DNA of 64,000 bases from Candidatus Latescibacterota bacterium. GTDB taxonomy: Bacteria; Latescibacterota; UBA2968; UBA8231. Made by a program: the position numbers and the translations under genes. Under the pieces are notes generated by a model. That model saw nothing but the letters and a program-made list of their open reading frames with translations, made no database searches and was not told the DNA's origin. This document shows positions 49,678 through 60,691 of this stretch, one piece after another (within the stretch, counting starts at the first letter, position 1; every line of letters begins with the position of its first letter). The stretch spans positions 32,001-96,000 of the forward strand of contig OZ242318.1 in the NCBI GenBank assembly GCA_965208105.1, read 5' to 3'.

Positions 49678-51659
49678 CTTCCGGCCGGCAGAAAGACAAT
49701 GTGCGCAGGGAGTACCGGCGCCTCAGTTGGATATTGATAGCAGGGGCCGCCTTTTGGTTGGTGTTGATAGTGCGGTTGGTTCAAGTACAGGGGTTGCAGC
49801 ACGTCGAGTATGCTCTCCGGGCAAAAGAGCAGCACCTCCGCCGGATCGAGTTGAAGGCGACTCGTGGAGGGATTCTCGACCGAAATGGACGCGAATTGGC
49901 CATGGACATCCAGGCCGTTACCTTCTTTGCCAATCCCTCGATGGTGGAACGCCCGGAGGAGGTGGCCAACTATTTCGCCTCCATCGGCAGCCAGAGCCTC
50001 GAGACCCTGGCTGGCCAGCTCAATAGTTCCCGGCGCTTCGTATACCTGGCGCGCCAGGTGGCCGAGGAGACCCTTCAGGAACAGGTGCGCAGCCAAAATT
50101 TCAGCGGTGTGTTCGAATATCCTGAGACCAAGCGCTATTATCCCTACGGGAGTCTGGCCGGCCAATTGTTGGGGCACGCGGATATCGACCACAAAGGCAG
50201 CGAAGGAATTGAAGGTGCCTTCGAGAATCTACTCGGAGGCATCAATGGATTGGCCCTCACCTATGTGGACTCCAGGGGCCGGCAGGTGCCCGGAATGCAG
50301 CAGGAGCACCGGTCTCCGCAAGATGGCCGCAGCCTGTATTTGACCATAGACGCAATCTACCAGACCATTCTCGAGGAGGAATTGGAACGGGCGATAGAAA
50401 ATTCCGACGCCGAGAGTGGTATGGGAATTATAAGCGATCCCAGGAGCGGAGAGATACTGGCATTGGCGAATGTGCCCCAGTATAATCCCAACAACCCTGG
50501 CAGCACTCCCGCGACATTGCGCCGCAATCGGGTCATAACCGATCCGTTCGAGCCGGGCTCTACTTTCAAGATCGTTGCCGCCTCAGCCGTGTTGGAAGAT
50601 GGTTTGGCCGATACCTCCGATTCCATTTTCTGTGGACTGGGAAGGTTGGTTTTGGAGAACGGCGATGTCATAAGGGACGTCCATCCATATGGAACGTTGA
50701 GATTCTCCGAGGTGCTGGCCAAATCGAGCAATATAGGTACGATCAAGCTGGGTAAACGCCTCTCGAGCAATCGATTTTACGAGTATATTCGATGTTTTGG
50801 TTTTGGCACTCGAAGCGGTATCGATTTGCCCGCCGAGAGTCCCGGACTGTTCAAGCCCCTTCGAAAATGGTCCAGCCGGTCCCATGAAACCATCACCATC
50901 GGCCAGGAAATCAGCGTTACTGCGCTGCAGCTGGTGCAGGCATTCGGGTCCATCGCCAACGGGGGAACCCTCATGGCACCGCGGATAGTAAAAGCCATCG
51001 TTGGACCCGATGGCAGGTTGGAGCAAGAAAAACCTCCCCTGCCGATTCGCCAGGTGATATCTCCGGAGACGGCCTCCACCGTGCGCCGCATCCTGGCAGG
51101 TGTGGTCGAAGGAGGAACAGGACGGCGAGCTCACATAGAGGGGTATGCCATCGGGGGAAAGACGGGCACTGCCCAGCAAGTTGCCAAAAACGGCAAGGGC
51201 TACGATCCAAACAGCAACCTCGTTTCCTTTATCGGATTTCTACCGGCTGACAATCCGGAACTCCTATGTCTGATAGCCGTCACCAATCCCCGCAAGGGCA
51301 GGTGGGGTGGGTCCATAGCTGCCCCGGCGTTCAAGAGGGTGGTGGAGCGAGTCTTCAACCTTTCTGATGGAGTTGAGCCGCAGTACTTTGCGGCCGACGA
51401 TGGCATGATGGCTATTGCCGTTCCGGATCTTCGCGGAATGAGGCCCAGCGCTGCCCGGTTCCAGGCCGAACTGCGGGGTGCATCGATTTCCTTCAGCGGG
51501 CAAGGAGAGGTTGTAGTGGAGCAAAACCCGGCTCCAGGGTCGACCAACGAGGATGGCGGCCACATTTTCTGCGTGCTCGGGCCGGTGGAACAATCTCCGT
51601 CCCTGGGAAGGGAAATTGCCTCCTTGCGCCAGGCATTGCTGCTGCAGAACCTGCGATGA
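49674..51659 (+). CDS. ftsI: Division transpeptidase PBP3 with a PASTA domain
   Basis: RGGILDRNG, EPGSTFK, SSN, KTG, VPDLRG. Confidence 0.93.
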   Translation: MTSGRQKDNVRREYRRLSWILIAGAAFWLVLIVRLVQVQGLQHVEYALRAKEQHLRRIELKATRGGILDRNGRELAMDIQAVTFFANPSMVERPEEVANYFASIGSQSLETLAGQLNSSRRFVYLARQVAEETLQEQVRSQNFSGVFEYPETKRYYPYGSLAGQLLGHADIDHKGSEGIEGAFENLLGGINGLALTYVDSRGRQVPGMQQEHRSPQDGRSLYLTIDAIYQTILEEELERAIENSDAESGMGIISDPRSGEILALANVPQYNPNNPGSTPATLRRNRVITDPFEPGSTFKIVAASAVLEDGLADTSDSIFCGLGRLVLENGDVIRDVHPYGTLRFSEVLAKSSNIGTIKLGKRLSSNRFYEYIRCFGFGTRSGIDLPAESPGLFKPLRKWSSRSHETITIGQEISVTALQLVQAFGSIANGGTLMAPRIVKAIVGPDGRLEQEKPPLPIRQVISPETASTVRRILAGVVEGGTGRRAHIEGYAIGGKTGTAQQVAKNGKGYDPNSNLVSFIGFLPADNPELLCLIAVTNPRKGRWGGSIAAPAFKRVVERVFNLSDGVEPQYFAADDGMMAIAVPDLRGMRPSAARFQAELRGASISFSGQGEVVVEQNPAPGSTNEDGGHIFCVLGPVEQSPSLGREIASLRQALLLQNLR

Positions 51660-51680
51660 CCCTGAACTGGAGAAATTGCG

Positions 51681-53192
51681 GTGCATCTCCGAGAATTGCT
51701 TGGTGTTTTGCAAGGTGCTCGAACCGCGGGACCGGTAGATGTGGAGATCGGGAAAATCGCGTGTGATTCCCGCCGAGTTTGCCAGGGAGATCTCTTCGTG
51801 GCAATTCGCGGCGGTGAGGAACAGGATCGACATCAATTCATTCCAAAGGCCCTCGATAGAGGAGCCGTGGCAATCGTCGCCGAGGAGGAGGTCGACTCCG
51901 GGACCGCGACGCGGATTATCGTCGAGAACTGCAGGCAGGCACTGGCCAGGCTGGCCGCCTGTTTCTACAAATTCCCCGACCGAGAGTTGCTGATGGTAGG
52001 AATAACCGGTACAAATGGAAAGACGACGACAGCCTTTCTGACTCGGCAGATTCTGGAGTCACACGGTGTCCGGTGCGGATCCCTGGGGACTCTCGGTGGC
52101 CTGATCGATTCGAATTGGGAGAAGACGGACAATACTACCCCCGAAGCCGACGACCTGCACCGGATGCTCCGGGGCATGGTCGAGGCCGGCAAGTCAGCGG
52201 CGGTGCTCGAGGTTTCGTCCCACGGGTTGGCCCTTGACCGGGTAGAGGGGATCCAATTCAACGCGGGAGTATTCACCAATTTAACCAGAGATCATCTCGA
52301 CTTTCACCAGACCGAAGAGGAATACTTCAATGCCAAGGCCCGTCTCTTTGAAGGACTGGACGAAGAGAGAGGCAGTAGGGCAATTGTCAATATCGATGAC
52401 GATGCAGCTCCAAGACTGTTGGCGAGGATGGCCGTTCCCGCCGTCACCTTCGGCCGCGGGGAAGATGCCCATGTTCGCCTCCAGACGGTCGAGCGCACTG
52501 AGGGGGGAATGCGCGTCCACCTCCACACACCCGCCGGAGAGGTAGAGGTCGAGACGCACTTGAAGGGGGGGTTCAACTGCTACAATATAATGGCTGCCTT
52601 TTCGGTGGGGCTGGCTCTCGGAATTGAGCGTCAGGCGATCTGCCGAGGGATCGCCGAAGTGGAGAGTGTCCCGGGGCGCTGCGAGCGCATAATGGCCGGA
52701 CAGGGCTTCGAGGTAATTGTAGACTATGCGCATACTCCGGATGCGCTCGAACGGCTCCTGCGCATGGCCAGGGAGACGAGACCCAGGCGCCTGTCCTGCG
52801 TCTTCGGTTGTGGGGGGGATCGAGACCCCGGGAAGAGGCCGTTGATGGGCAGCATTGCTTCAGATTGGGCCGACCAGGTTTACCTCACCTCTGACAATCC
52901 GCGTTCGGAATCTCCCGAGAAAATCATCTCTGATATCGCCCAGGGCATCGGCAAGGAGTGCCAGGCCCGGATAATTGCCGACCGCCGGGAAGCCATCGAG
53001 GAGGCGCTCGGGGAAGCTGTACCCGGGGACCTGGTGGTAATTGCGGGCAAGGGGCATGAATCGGTCCAGGAAGTTGGCGATTCTGTGATCGAGTTTAATG
53101 ATCGCCAGGTGGCGCAGTCCGTTCTGCTTTCATTGGGCTTCGATGGAATGAAATCCGGGGAGCGAGACGCTCAGTGGAAAAGATCGCTTTAG
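51681..53192 (+). CDS. murE: UDP-MurNAc-dipeptide:meso-DAP ligase
   Basis: GTNGKTT, EVSSHG, DYAHTPD, DNPR. Confidence 0.95.
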   Translation: MHLRELLGVLQGARTAGPVDVEIGKIACDSRRVCQGDLFVAIRGGEEQDRHQFIPKALDRGAVAIVAEEEVDSGTATRIIVENCRQALARLAACFYKFPDRELLMVGITGTNGKTTTAFLTRQILESHGVRCGSLGTLGGLIDSNWEKTDNTTPEADDLHRMLRGMVEAGKSAAVLEVSSHGLALDRVEGIQFNAGVFTNLTRDHLDFHQTEEEYFNAKARLFEGLDEERGSRAIVNIDDDAAPRLLARMAVPAVTFGRGEDAHVRLQTVERTEGGMRVHLHTPAGEVEVETHLKGGFNCYNIMAAFSVGLALGIERQAICRGIAEVESVPGRCERIMAGQGFEVIVDYAHTPDALERLLRMARETRPRRLSCVFGCGGDRDPGKRPLMGSIASDWADQVYLTSDNPRSESPEKIISDIAQGIGKECQARIIADRREAIEEALGEAVPGDLVVIAGKGHESVQEVGDSVIEFNDRQVAQSVLLSLGFDGMKSGERDAQWKRSL

Positions 53193-54553
53193 GTGAAATT
53201 CTCCAATGGACGGAAGGTAAGCTGGTGGGTATTTTAGAGCCCTGCAGTCAACCTGCCGGGATTTCTACCGATACCAGGACGATCCGGAAAGAGGATCTCT
53301 TCCTCGCCCTCAAAGGGCAGAGCTTCGATGGCCACAAGTTCGTCGAGCAGGCCTTCCAGCGAGGTGCAATGGCTGCGGTCGTCGAGCGTTCCTGGGGAGA
53401 GCGAAATGGGAAGAGCGCCGCTGGACCTCTGCTCCTGGTCGACTCGCCACAAGCGGCTTTGGGGGTCATTGCAGGACAGTATCGCCGCCGCTTTGCCCTT
53501 CCAGTGGTCGCGGTGGTGGGAAGCTGTGGAAAAACGACCACGAAAGAGATGATCGCCGCCGTCCTCGGTCAGCGCTACAAGGTTCTGAAATCGGCAGGGA
53601 CGGAAAACAACGAGATCGGGATCCCCCAGACCCTTTTGCAGCTTGGGGGCCAACATGGTGCAGTTGTACTGGAGCTGGCGGCGCGAAGGGTAGGAGACAT
53701 TGGTTATTTGTGTTCGATTGCAAACCCCAACATCGGGGTCCTGCTCAACATCGGAACCGCACATCTGGAATTCTTTGAATCTGTAGAGGGAGTGGCCAAG
53801 GCCAAAGGGGAGCTCCTGGACTATCTGGACGAGTCTTCAATGACTCTGGCAAACTTCGATGACTGTGTCGTGGCCAAGGAGGCAAAAAGAACTAAGGGGA
53901 GACTCCTTGGCTTCAGTCTTGAACGAAAGAGTCAGTTTCGTGGGGAGGGACTCGTCATAGATCGGGAGGGCCGCGGCCATTTCTCTCTACAAAAACGTTT
54001 GTTTGACCTGCAGATCCCGGGCCGGCACAATGTTTACAACGCCTTGGCGGCGGTGGCTGTCGGCCGCACCTTGAAAGTGCCCTGGGAGGATATTCGCAGC
54101 GCCCTGAAGGATTTCCAACCCGTTGCCATGCGTTCGGAAACAAGGAGGAATGGTGGCATTCGGATTATCGACGACAGTTATAATGCCAATCCGGGCTCCG
54201 TCAGGGCCGCTCTAGGTCTCCTCAGGGATACGGGTGCTGCCACAAACCGGAAAATTGCGGTCCTGGGGGACATGCTGGAACTGGGACCGCAGAGTGAAAG
54301 GCTGCATTCCGAAATCGGGCGCTATCTTGCCTCCCTGAATATAGACATCCTGCTCGCCGTTGGTCCGCTGAGCGCTCATGTGGTCGAAGCAGCGCGTCGG
54401 CAGGGGATGAAGCCGGAAGTCGCGCAGCACTTTTCCACCAAGGATAAACTCGAGACTCATCTGAACTCCATATTAACAGAAGGGGACGTGGTCCTCGTAA
54501 AAGCGTCTCGCGGAATGGCGCTGGAAGAGATAGCCGGCACACTCTCCCGCTGA
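53174..54553 (+). CDS. murF: UDP-MurNAc-tripeptide:D-Ala-D-Ala ligase
   Basis: GSCGKTTTKE, DDSYNANP, GDMLELG, KASRG. Confidence 0.94.
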   Translation: MEKIALGEILQWTEGKLVGILEPCSQPAGISTDTRTIRKEDLFLALKGQSFDGHKFVEQAFQRGAMAAVVERSWGERNGKSAAGPLLLVDSPQAALGVIAGQYRRRFALPVVAVVGSCGKTTTKEMIAAVLGQRYKVLKSAGTENNEIGIPQTLLQLGGQHGAVVLELAARRVGDIGYLCSIANPNIGVLLNIGTAHLEFFESVEGVAKAKGELLDYLDESSMTLANFDDCVVAKEAKRTKGRLLGFSLERKSQFRGEGLVIDREGRGHFSLQKRLFDLQIPGRHNVYNALAAVAVGRTLKVPWEDIRSALKDFQPVAMRSETRRNGGIRIIDDSYNANPGSVRAALGLLRDTGAATNRKIAVLGDMLELGPQSERLHSEIGRYLASLNIDILLAVGPLSAHVVEAARRQGMKPEVAQHFSTKDKLETHLNSILTEGDVVLVKASRGMALEEIAGTLSR

Positions 54554-54729
54554 GCGAATCTCCCAGCCCGACCAAGTATCCCCCAGATAGATTGCCTCCC
54601 TGGCAGCACCTCTATCGCTCTTTTCTCTCCTTTACTTGCCGTCTTCCCCATTTGAGGGTTTAACCAGTCCATACCTCGGCCCCTGGTTGCACATTTCCCG
54701 CCGCGATTTGCAGATAGATAGGAAAATGG

Positions 54730-55881
54730 ATGCAGGCAGCCAATAGAGCTAGCATGCAAATGCTGATGATCTCGCTGATATTGGTTGGATTCGGGATCGT
54801 CATGGTCTACAGCTCCAGTTCGGTGTTGGCCAGCGCGCGCTTTGACGACAGCAGCTTCTTCCTGGAAAGACAGATAATTCGAGCCTGCATCGGGCTGGCA
54901 ATCATGCTTGTCCTGTCGCGGGTCCCCCTGGTGCTGTGGTCTCGCCTCGCCGTGCCCATGTTTCTCCTGGGGTTGGTCACCCTGATACTGGTGCTGATCT
55001 TCGGCCGCGGTCCTACCCAGCGCTGGCTGCCTCTGCCGGGGATGTTGTCCGGCTTTTCCTTCCAGCCTTCTGAATTCGTCAAATTGGCCCTGGTACTCTA
55101 TCTGGCGGATGTCCTGGTGCGAAAAGAAGATCTGATCAAGGATTTCAAAAGGGGATTCATGCCCAGGCTGCTGGTCATCGGTGTAGTTCTGGGATTGATT
55201 GCCATCCAGCCCGATCTGGGAACGGCTGTTGCGATCGGCCTGATTGCTGCAGTGATGCTGTGGGTTGGTGGGGCCCGCCTCCTGCACCTTATTTGCACCG
55301 GAGTCCTGGCATTGCCGATCATTGCCTTGTCCCTGTATACCTCTCCTTACCAATGGCAGCGGGTTGTGAATTTTTTCAATGACGCGGACATCCTGAAGGG
55401 AAATTACCAGATTGATCAGTCGCTGCTGGCCCTGGGCAGCGGGGGCATCCTCGGGGTGGGACTGGGGGACAGTATGCAAAAGCAGCACTTTCTGCCCGAG
55501 CCTCACACGGATTTCGTCTTTGCCCTGGTCGGAGAGGAGTTGGGTTTGGCGGGGACCCTGAGCATCACTGCGCTTTTCGTCGCCTTCGCCATTCACGGCT
55601 TCCGCATTGCCAGGGAGGCATCCACCTACTACGGGTTTCTGGTGGCCACGGGCGTTACCGTAATGATTTCGGTCTATGCCCTGCTGAATATTGGCGTCGT
55701 GACCGGAATGCTGCCGACGACAGGACTGCCATTGCCCTTCATCAGCTACGGAGGTTCTTCGCTTCTGTGGAACCTGGCTGGTGTGGGGATCCTGGTTGGG
55801 GTGGGGAGGTCAAACGCTCAAGGGCAGCCCTCCTGGGCCGATGGCAAACCGGACAAGACGTTCGTGCGCAGGCTCCGATGA
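54730..55881 (+). CDS. ftsW: SEDS peptidoglycan polymerase FtsW
   Basis: QPSEFVK, QPDLGT, LPEPHTDF, GLPLPFISYGGSS. Confidence 0.94.
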   Translation: MQAANRASMQMLMISLILVGFGIVMVYSSSSVLASARFDDSSFFLERQIIRACIGLAIMLVLSRVPLVLWSRLAVPMFLLGLVTLILVLIFGRGPTQRWLPLPGMLSGFSFQPSEFVKLALVLYLADVLVRKEDLIKDFKRGFMPRLLVIGVVLGLIAIQPDLGTAVAIGLIAAVMLWVGGARLLHLICTGVLALPIIALSLYTSPYQWQRVVNFFNDADILKGNYQIDQSLLALGSGGILGVGLGDSMQKQHFLPEPHTDFVFALVGEELGLAGTLSITALFVAFAIHGFRIAREASTYYGFLVATGVTVMISVYALLNIGVVTGMLPTTGLPLPFISYGGSSLLWNLAGVGILVGVGRSNAQGQPSWADGKPDKTFVRRLR

Positions 55882-57281
55882 AACCCCTCTTCGGCAAGTT
55901 CGAGCGGGTTCACATGGTTGGCATAGGGGGTGTGGGAATGGGCGGGTTGGCGCGGCACCTGGAGGCGCTCGGTTGCCGAATCAGTGGATCGGATATTTCG
56001 ATGTCGCGGGTCGTGGAGGGATTGCGCCAGGAGGGGATTGAAGTGCACCTGGGGCACCGGGCATCGCAGGTGAACGGGGCGGACCTCGTGGTCCATTCCG
56101 CAGCCGTTCCCGCAGACAACGAAGAGTTGGTGGCAGCTCGGCGCCAGGGGATATCCATGATCAGTCGCGCCGAGTTGCTTGCCGAGGTGACGCGATCCCA
56201 TTTTGTAGTCGGAGTAGCAGGCAGCCACGGAAAGACGACGACGGCATCGATGATAGCCAGTATCCTGGAAATGGGAAAGCAGGATGCCTCCACGATGATC
56301 GGCGGCTGGATCCAAGGCCAGGTCCAGGCGCGATCGGGAAGCGGAAAAATATTCGTGGTTGAAGCTGACGAATACGATCGCAGTTTTCTGTATCTCCACC
56401 CGCGCGCGGCGGTTGTAACCAACATCGACGCGGAACACCTGGATTGCTATTCGAACCTGGGGGAGGTACAGGAAGCTTTCTGCCAGTACCTCGGCCGCCT
56501 GCCGTTTTACGGAACCTGCATCCTGGGCTACGACGATCCCGGGGTTCAGGGGATCCTCCCCTCCCTGGAGAGAGAATACTTCACCTATGGATTGGCCGGG
56601 GCATGTGATTTCAGAGCCGAGAGGGTAGAGCTTGGTACCTGGGGAAGTTGCTTCGTGCTTTTTTCAGGCCAGGAGGAAATGGGTCCAGTCAAGTTGCGGG
56701 TTCCGGGCAAGCACAACGTGCGAAATGCTCTGGGAGCGGCAGCACTGACCGGCAGTTTGGGGGTGGATTTCGCTGCTATTGCCGGTGGCTTGGGGGAATT
56801 TGGGGGAATTGAACGGCGGTTCGAGAAGAAGGGTGAAATTGGGGGCATAGTGGTAGTCGATGACTATGCGCATCACCCATCCGAATTGGAAGCCAGCCTG
56901 GCAACGGCGCGTGCAAGCGGTCGTCGCATTTTGGCGGTTTTTCAACCCCATCTCTACTCGCGGACGCAATACTTTGCCGAGGATTTCGCCAAAGCACTCA
57001 TGGTGGCAGACCAGGTATTCCTGGCACCGGTTTACAGCGCCCGGGAGAAGTCGATTCCAGGAGTACACTCGGGCGTGATAGCGCGCGCCATGCGCGAGGC
57101 GGGATTCGCCGAGGTGGAATACATTCCCGATCCAGGCAGGATTTCCGGCCGTCTGGAGCATGCATGTAAAGCCGGAGACATGGTCATTACCATGGGGGCC
57201 GGCGATATAGACAGGGTAGCCGAAGATCTTGTCCGGGCATTGATGTCGAAATACCAGCCGGGGGAGGGCGATGACCCGTAA
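55878..57281 (+). CDS. murC: UDP-MurNAc:L-alanine ligase
   Basis: GIGGVGM, GSHGKTTT, EADEYD, DDYAHHP, FQPHLYSR. Confidence 0.95.
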   Translation: MKPLFGKFERVHMVGIGGVGMGGLARHLEALGCRISGSDISMSRVVEGLRQEGIEVHLGHRASQVNGADLVVHSAAVPADNEELVAARRQGISMISRAELLAEVTRSHFVVGVAGSHGKTTTASMIASILEMGKQDASTMIGGWIQGQVQARSGSGKIFVVEADEYDRSFLYLHPRAAVVTNIDAEHLDCYSNLGEVQEAFCQYLGRLPFYGTCILGYDDPGVQGILPSLEREYFTYGLAGACDFRAERVELGTWGSCFVLFSGQEEMGPVKLRVPGKHNVRNALGAAALTGSLGVDFAAIAGGLGEFGGIERRFEKKGEIGGIVVVDDYAHHPSELEASLATARASGRRILAVFQPHLYSRTQYFAEDFAKALMVADQVFLAPVYSAREKSIPGVHSGVIARAMREAGFAEVEYIPDPGRISGRLEHACKAGDMVITMGAGDIDRVAEDLVRALMSKYQPGEGDDP

Positions 57282-58131
57282 ATTTTCCTTCAAATCGAGC
57301 AAGCGACCCATGGTGGTTCCGATCGGCGCCAGGAGTGAACCTGTCTCCCGGATTTTCCCTATTTGTTGCGTAGTCTGCCTGATTATCATGCTTGCCGCGA
57401 CCGCATCGGTTCTGGCGGGCGGGAGGATCTCGCAACTATTCGCCCAATCACCAGGTTTTACCCTTACCGCCCTGGAAGTGAAGGGATTGCGCCGTCTGAG
57501 CGGTGCCGATATCGGGGCTGCCAGCGGGCTCAAGGTGGGCGACAATATTTTTCAAGTCGACCTCGGGCAAGTGGAAAGCAGGATCGAAAGCCTGCCGTGG
57601 GTGAGAGAGGCGTTCGTCGTGCGCAAACCGCCCGACCGCCTGGTGGTTTCTATCGTCGAACGGCGGAGATTGGCATGGGTCGAGCTGGGGAAAATCTACG
57701 GTGTGGATCTGGAGGGTGTGCTGCTGCCGGCAGCGGGAGAGTCGGCAGAGTCCTTCGGGGAGTTGGACCTGCCCGTTGTCAGTGGCCTGAGCGTGCCGAC
57801 GGATTCACTCCGCATTGGATCGGTTGTGGCCGACTCGGCACTGGTGCAGATATTGAGGTGGTGGAAGGAGGCCAGCGCATACGACGCTGAGCTGTGCATG
57901 AACATTTCCGAAATTCAGCCGTTCAAAATGTCGCTGGGCAACAGCGATATCCGCCTCTTCCTGGTCGGAGATGGACTGGAGGTTCGCCTGCCGGCAGACC
58001 GGGTCCACGAGCGCCTCGAGGTCCTCAAGGTCCTGATGAAGCGCGTCTACCGGGAATGCCCCGACCCGGCATACATTGATTTGAGGTTCGCCGGACAGGT
58101 TGTAGTTGGCAGGATGGAGCGGAGATCCTGA
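57271..58131 (+). CDS. ftsQ: Cell division protein FtsQ/DivIB
   Basis: TM helix, POTRA domain (LPWV..PDRLVVSIVER), YIDLRF. Confidence 0.88.
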   Translation: MTRKFSFKSSKRPMVVPIGARSEPVSRIFPICCVVCLIIMLAATASVLAGGRISQLFAQSPGFTLTALEVKGLRRLSGADIGAASGLKVGDNIFQVDLGQVESRIESLPWVREAFVVRKPPDRLVVSIVERRRLAWVELGKIYGVDLEGVLLPAAGESAESFGELDLPVVSGLSVPTDSLRIGSVVADSALVQILRWWKEASAYDAELCMNISEIQPFKMSLGNSDIRLFLVGDGLEVRLPADRVHERLEVLKVLMKRVYRECPDPAYIDLRFAGQVVVGRMERRS

Positions 58132-59403
58132 ATGAATAGGAGGACCCTGAACATGGCAAAGGAGGGAATAGCGGTCGGTTTGGATCTCGGCACCACCAAA
58201 ATCTGCGCAATCGTTGCCGAAATGACTGAACCAGGCCGTTTGAATGTTCTCGGGGTCGGCAGCTGCCCCTCCGATGGGTTGAGACGGGGTGTGGTGATCG
58301 ACGTTGAGAAATCGGTAAACTCCATCAAGAAGGCGGTGTATCAGGCCGAACTCATGGCCGGGGTCCAGGTTGCCGCGGTATATGCCGGAATAGCCGGCGA
58401 ACACATCAGCAGCTTCGACAGTCGCGGGGTCGTTGCGGTAGACGGGGACAATGGGGCCGTGAGCGCCGCGGACAGGGAGCGCGTGATTGCCGCCGCCCGC
58501 GCGGTTTCCATCCCGGCTGAGCGGGAGATTCTTCATGTTCTTCCCCAGGAATTCATCGTCGATCGGCAGTCGGGCATTCGCGAGCCGGTAGGCATGGTGG
58601 GAGTGCGGCTGGAAGCCAATGTCCACATCGTAACAGGAGCAATCACTTCAGCGCAGAATATCTGCAAGAGCATTCTGCGCGCGGGAATCGAGGTGAGAGA
58701 CATTGTCCTCGAACCCCTGGCTTCGAGTTGTGCCGTGCTGGACGGCGACGAAAAGGACATGGGCGTATGCCTTGTCGATATTGGCGGTGGAACCACCGAC
58801 GTTGCTCTTTTTTACGAGGGTGGCGTGCGCCATACCTCCGTAATCGGACTGGGGGGGCAGAATGTCACCAACGATGTGGCCATCGGCCTGCGCACATCGT
58901 GGCCCTACGCCGAAAAAATCAAATGCACTTGCGGTGCGGCCCTCGTGGATTCTGTCGGAGAAGATGAAATGGTGACCTTGCCGGCCATCGCGGCAAGCGG
59001 TCCCCGGTCGGTTTTGCGCAGGGAGCTGTCGGCAATCATCCAGCCGCGCATGGAAGAAATCTTCACCATGGTGCGCGGGCAACTCGAACGGACGGACTGG
59101 AATTCGATCCCGAGAATCAGCGTCGTCCTGACGGGCGGGGGGGCTTTGCTCGAGGGTGTGGTTGAATTGGCGGAACGGGTGTTTGAGCTGCCCGTGCGGC
59201 TGGGGGTTCCCGGGGGGCACGGGGGAATGAGCGAGAAGGTGATGAGCCCGATTTATGCTACCGCCGTGGGGCTGGTATCCTTCGGCCTGGAGAATCAGAA
59301 GTCGACCAATTCCTCGGTCCATCATCCCCACAAGGGTCTCAGTGAAGGCCGCTTTGACACCGTTCTGAACCGCATGAAGGATTGGTTTCAAGTGTCAATT
59401 TAA
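58132..59403 (+). CDS. ftsA: Cell division protein FtsA
   Basis: GLDLGTTKI, DIGGGTTD, LTGGG, C-terminal amphipathic helix; alternative start at 58153. Confidence 0.95.
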   Translation: MNRRTLNMAKEGIAVGLDLGTTKICAIVAEMTEPGRLNVLGVGSCPSDGLRRGVVIDVEKSVNSIKKAVYQAELMAGVQVAAVYAGIAGEHISSFDSRGVVAVDGDNGAVSAADRERVIAAARAVSIPAEREILHVLPQEFIVDRQSGIREPVGMVGVRLEANVHIVTGAITSAQNICKSILRAGIEVRDIVLEPLASSCAVLDGDEKDMGVCLVDIGGGTTDVALFYEGGVRHTSVIGLGGQNVTNDVAIGLRTSWPYAEKIKCTCGAALVDSVGEDEMVTLPAIAASGPRSVLRRELSAIIQPRMEEIFTMVRGQLERTDWNSIPRISVVLTGGGALLEGVVELAERVFELPVRLGVPGGHGGMSEKVMSPIYATAVGLVSFGLENQKSTNSSVHHPHKGLSEGRFDTVLNRMKDWFQVSI

Positions 59404-59452
59404 TGAGTGTTCAATAAACCTCAACCTGCGTTTCTCTCAAAGGGGACGAAAT

Positions 59453-60595
59453 ATGACATTCAGGATAATCAATAGTGAACAAAAAGCGCGAATCAAGGTC
59501 GTCGGCGTGGGCGGTGCCGGCGGCAATGCCATCAACCGGATGGTGGCTTCCGGTATGCATGGTGTTGAATTCATCTCGATCAACACCGATGCCCAGGTCC
59601 TGGAAGCCTCTTCTGCGGACATTTGTATTTGTATTGGCGACAATATCACCCGCGGACTGGGTGCGGGAGCCAATCCGGAGCTGGGGCGTCACGCCATAGA
59701 GGCCGATCGAGAGAACGTAGCCGAAAGGCTTACAGATTCTGATCTCGTCTTCATCACAGCGGGAATGGGTGGCGGAACGGGAACAGGCGCCGCGCCGGTG
59801 GTTGCGGAGATTGCCAGGGATCAGGGTGCTCTGGCCATGGGTATCATTACCGAGCCATTCCAGTTCGAGGGCTTGCCGCGGATGCGCAATGCCATGGTGG
59901 GTACCGCAGAATTGCAGGAAAAGGTCGATACCTTGATCGCGATCAAAAACCAGCGGCTTCTTTCCGTCTGTGGCAGGGACACTACCCTTGAGGAAGCATT
60001 TTTCAAGGCCGACGAAGTACTGATGCAGGCGGTGCGGGGAATTGCCGATTTGATCACCGTTCCGGGAATGATCAACCTGGACTTCAACGATGTGAAGACC
60101 ATCATTTCCGAAGGTGGAGATGCCTTGATGGGCGTGGGGACTCACCGGGGAGAGAATCGTTCCCTCGAGGCGGCCAAGAAGGCGATAATGAGCCCACTGC
60201 TCGAAGATGTCTCGATCGACGGGGCCAAGGGCTTGCTGATAAATATCGCCGCCGACGTCAACCTCACCCTTTTCGAGGTCAACGAGGCTATCTCGGTCAT
60301 CCAGGAGGCTGCCGGACAGGAGGCCAATATCATCTTTGGCACGGTGGTCGATGAAAGCCTCGTAGACGAGATGCGGGTGACGGTGGTGGCCACGGGTTTC
60401 AGCGTCAACAAGGAGGGGAAGATCGAAACTCCGAAGTCCGAAGTAACCCCGGTTGCCGAGCAGGAAGAACTGAACGTCCCCGCGTTCATTCGGAACGGCC
60501 AGGAAATGGATACTGATGGAGTTGAGAAGAAGGAGCAGGTTTCGGCGTCCCAGAACCTGGAGTTTCCGACTTTCCTGCGCCGGAAAACCAGCTGA
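59453..60595 (+). CDS. ftsZ: Cell division protein FtsZ
   Basis: [25 protein letters not shown]-terminal FPTFLRR. Confidence 0.97.
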   Translation: MTFRIINSEQKARIKVVGVGGAGGNAINRMVASGMHGVEFISINTDAQVLEASSADICICIGDNITRGLGAGANPELGRHAIEADRENVAERLTDSDLVFITAGMGGGTGTGAAPVVAEIARDQGALAMGIITEPFQFEGLPRMRNAMVGTAELQEKVDTLIAIKNQRLLSVCGRDTTLEEAFFKADEVLMQAVRGIADLITVPGMINLDFNDVKTIISEGGDALMGVGTHRGENRSLEAAKKAIMSPLLEDVSIDGAKGLLINIAADVNLTLFEVNEAISVIQEAAGQEANIIFGTVVDESLVDEMRVTVVATGFSVNKEGKIETPKSEVTPVAEQEELNVPAFIRNGQEMDTDGVEKKEQVSASQNLEFPTFLRRKTS

Positions 60596-60691
60596 TCCGC
60601 GAGAAGAAGAAACTTGAACCGGGGCGAATTGGCGGACCGTGGACAAATTTTCAGGGGCGGTCCCGGAGGGATTTGAAGAAAGGAATGGCCA

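Noticed and set aside
54554-54729. Possible mraY/murD pseudogene remnant
   Set aside because: No recognisable motif in any frame by eye; a translated search would be needed
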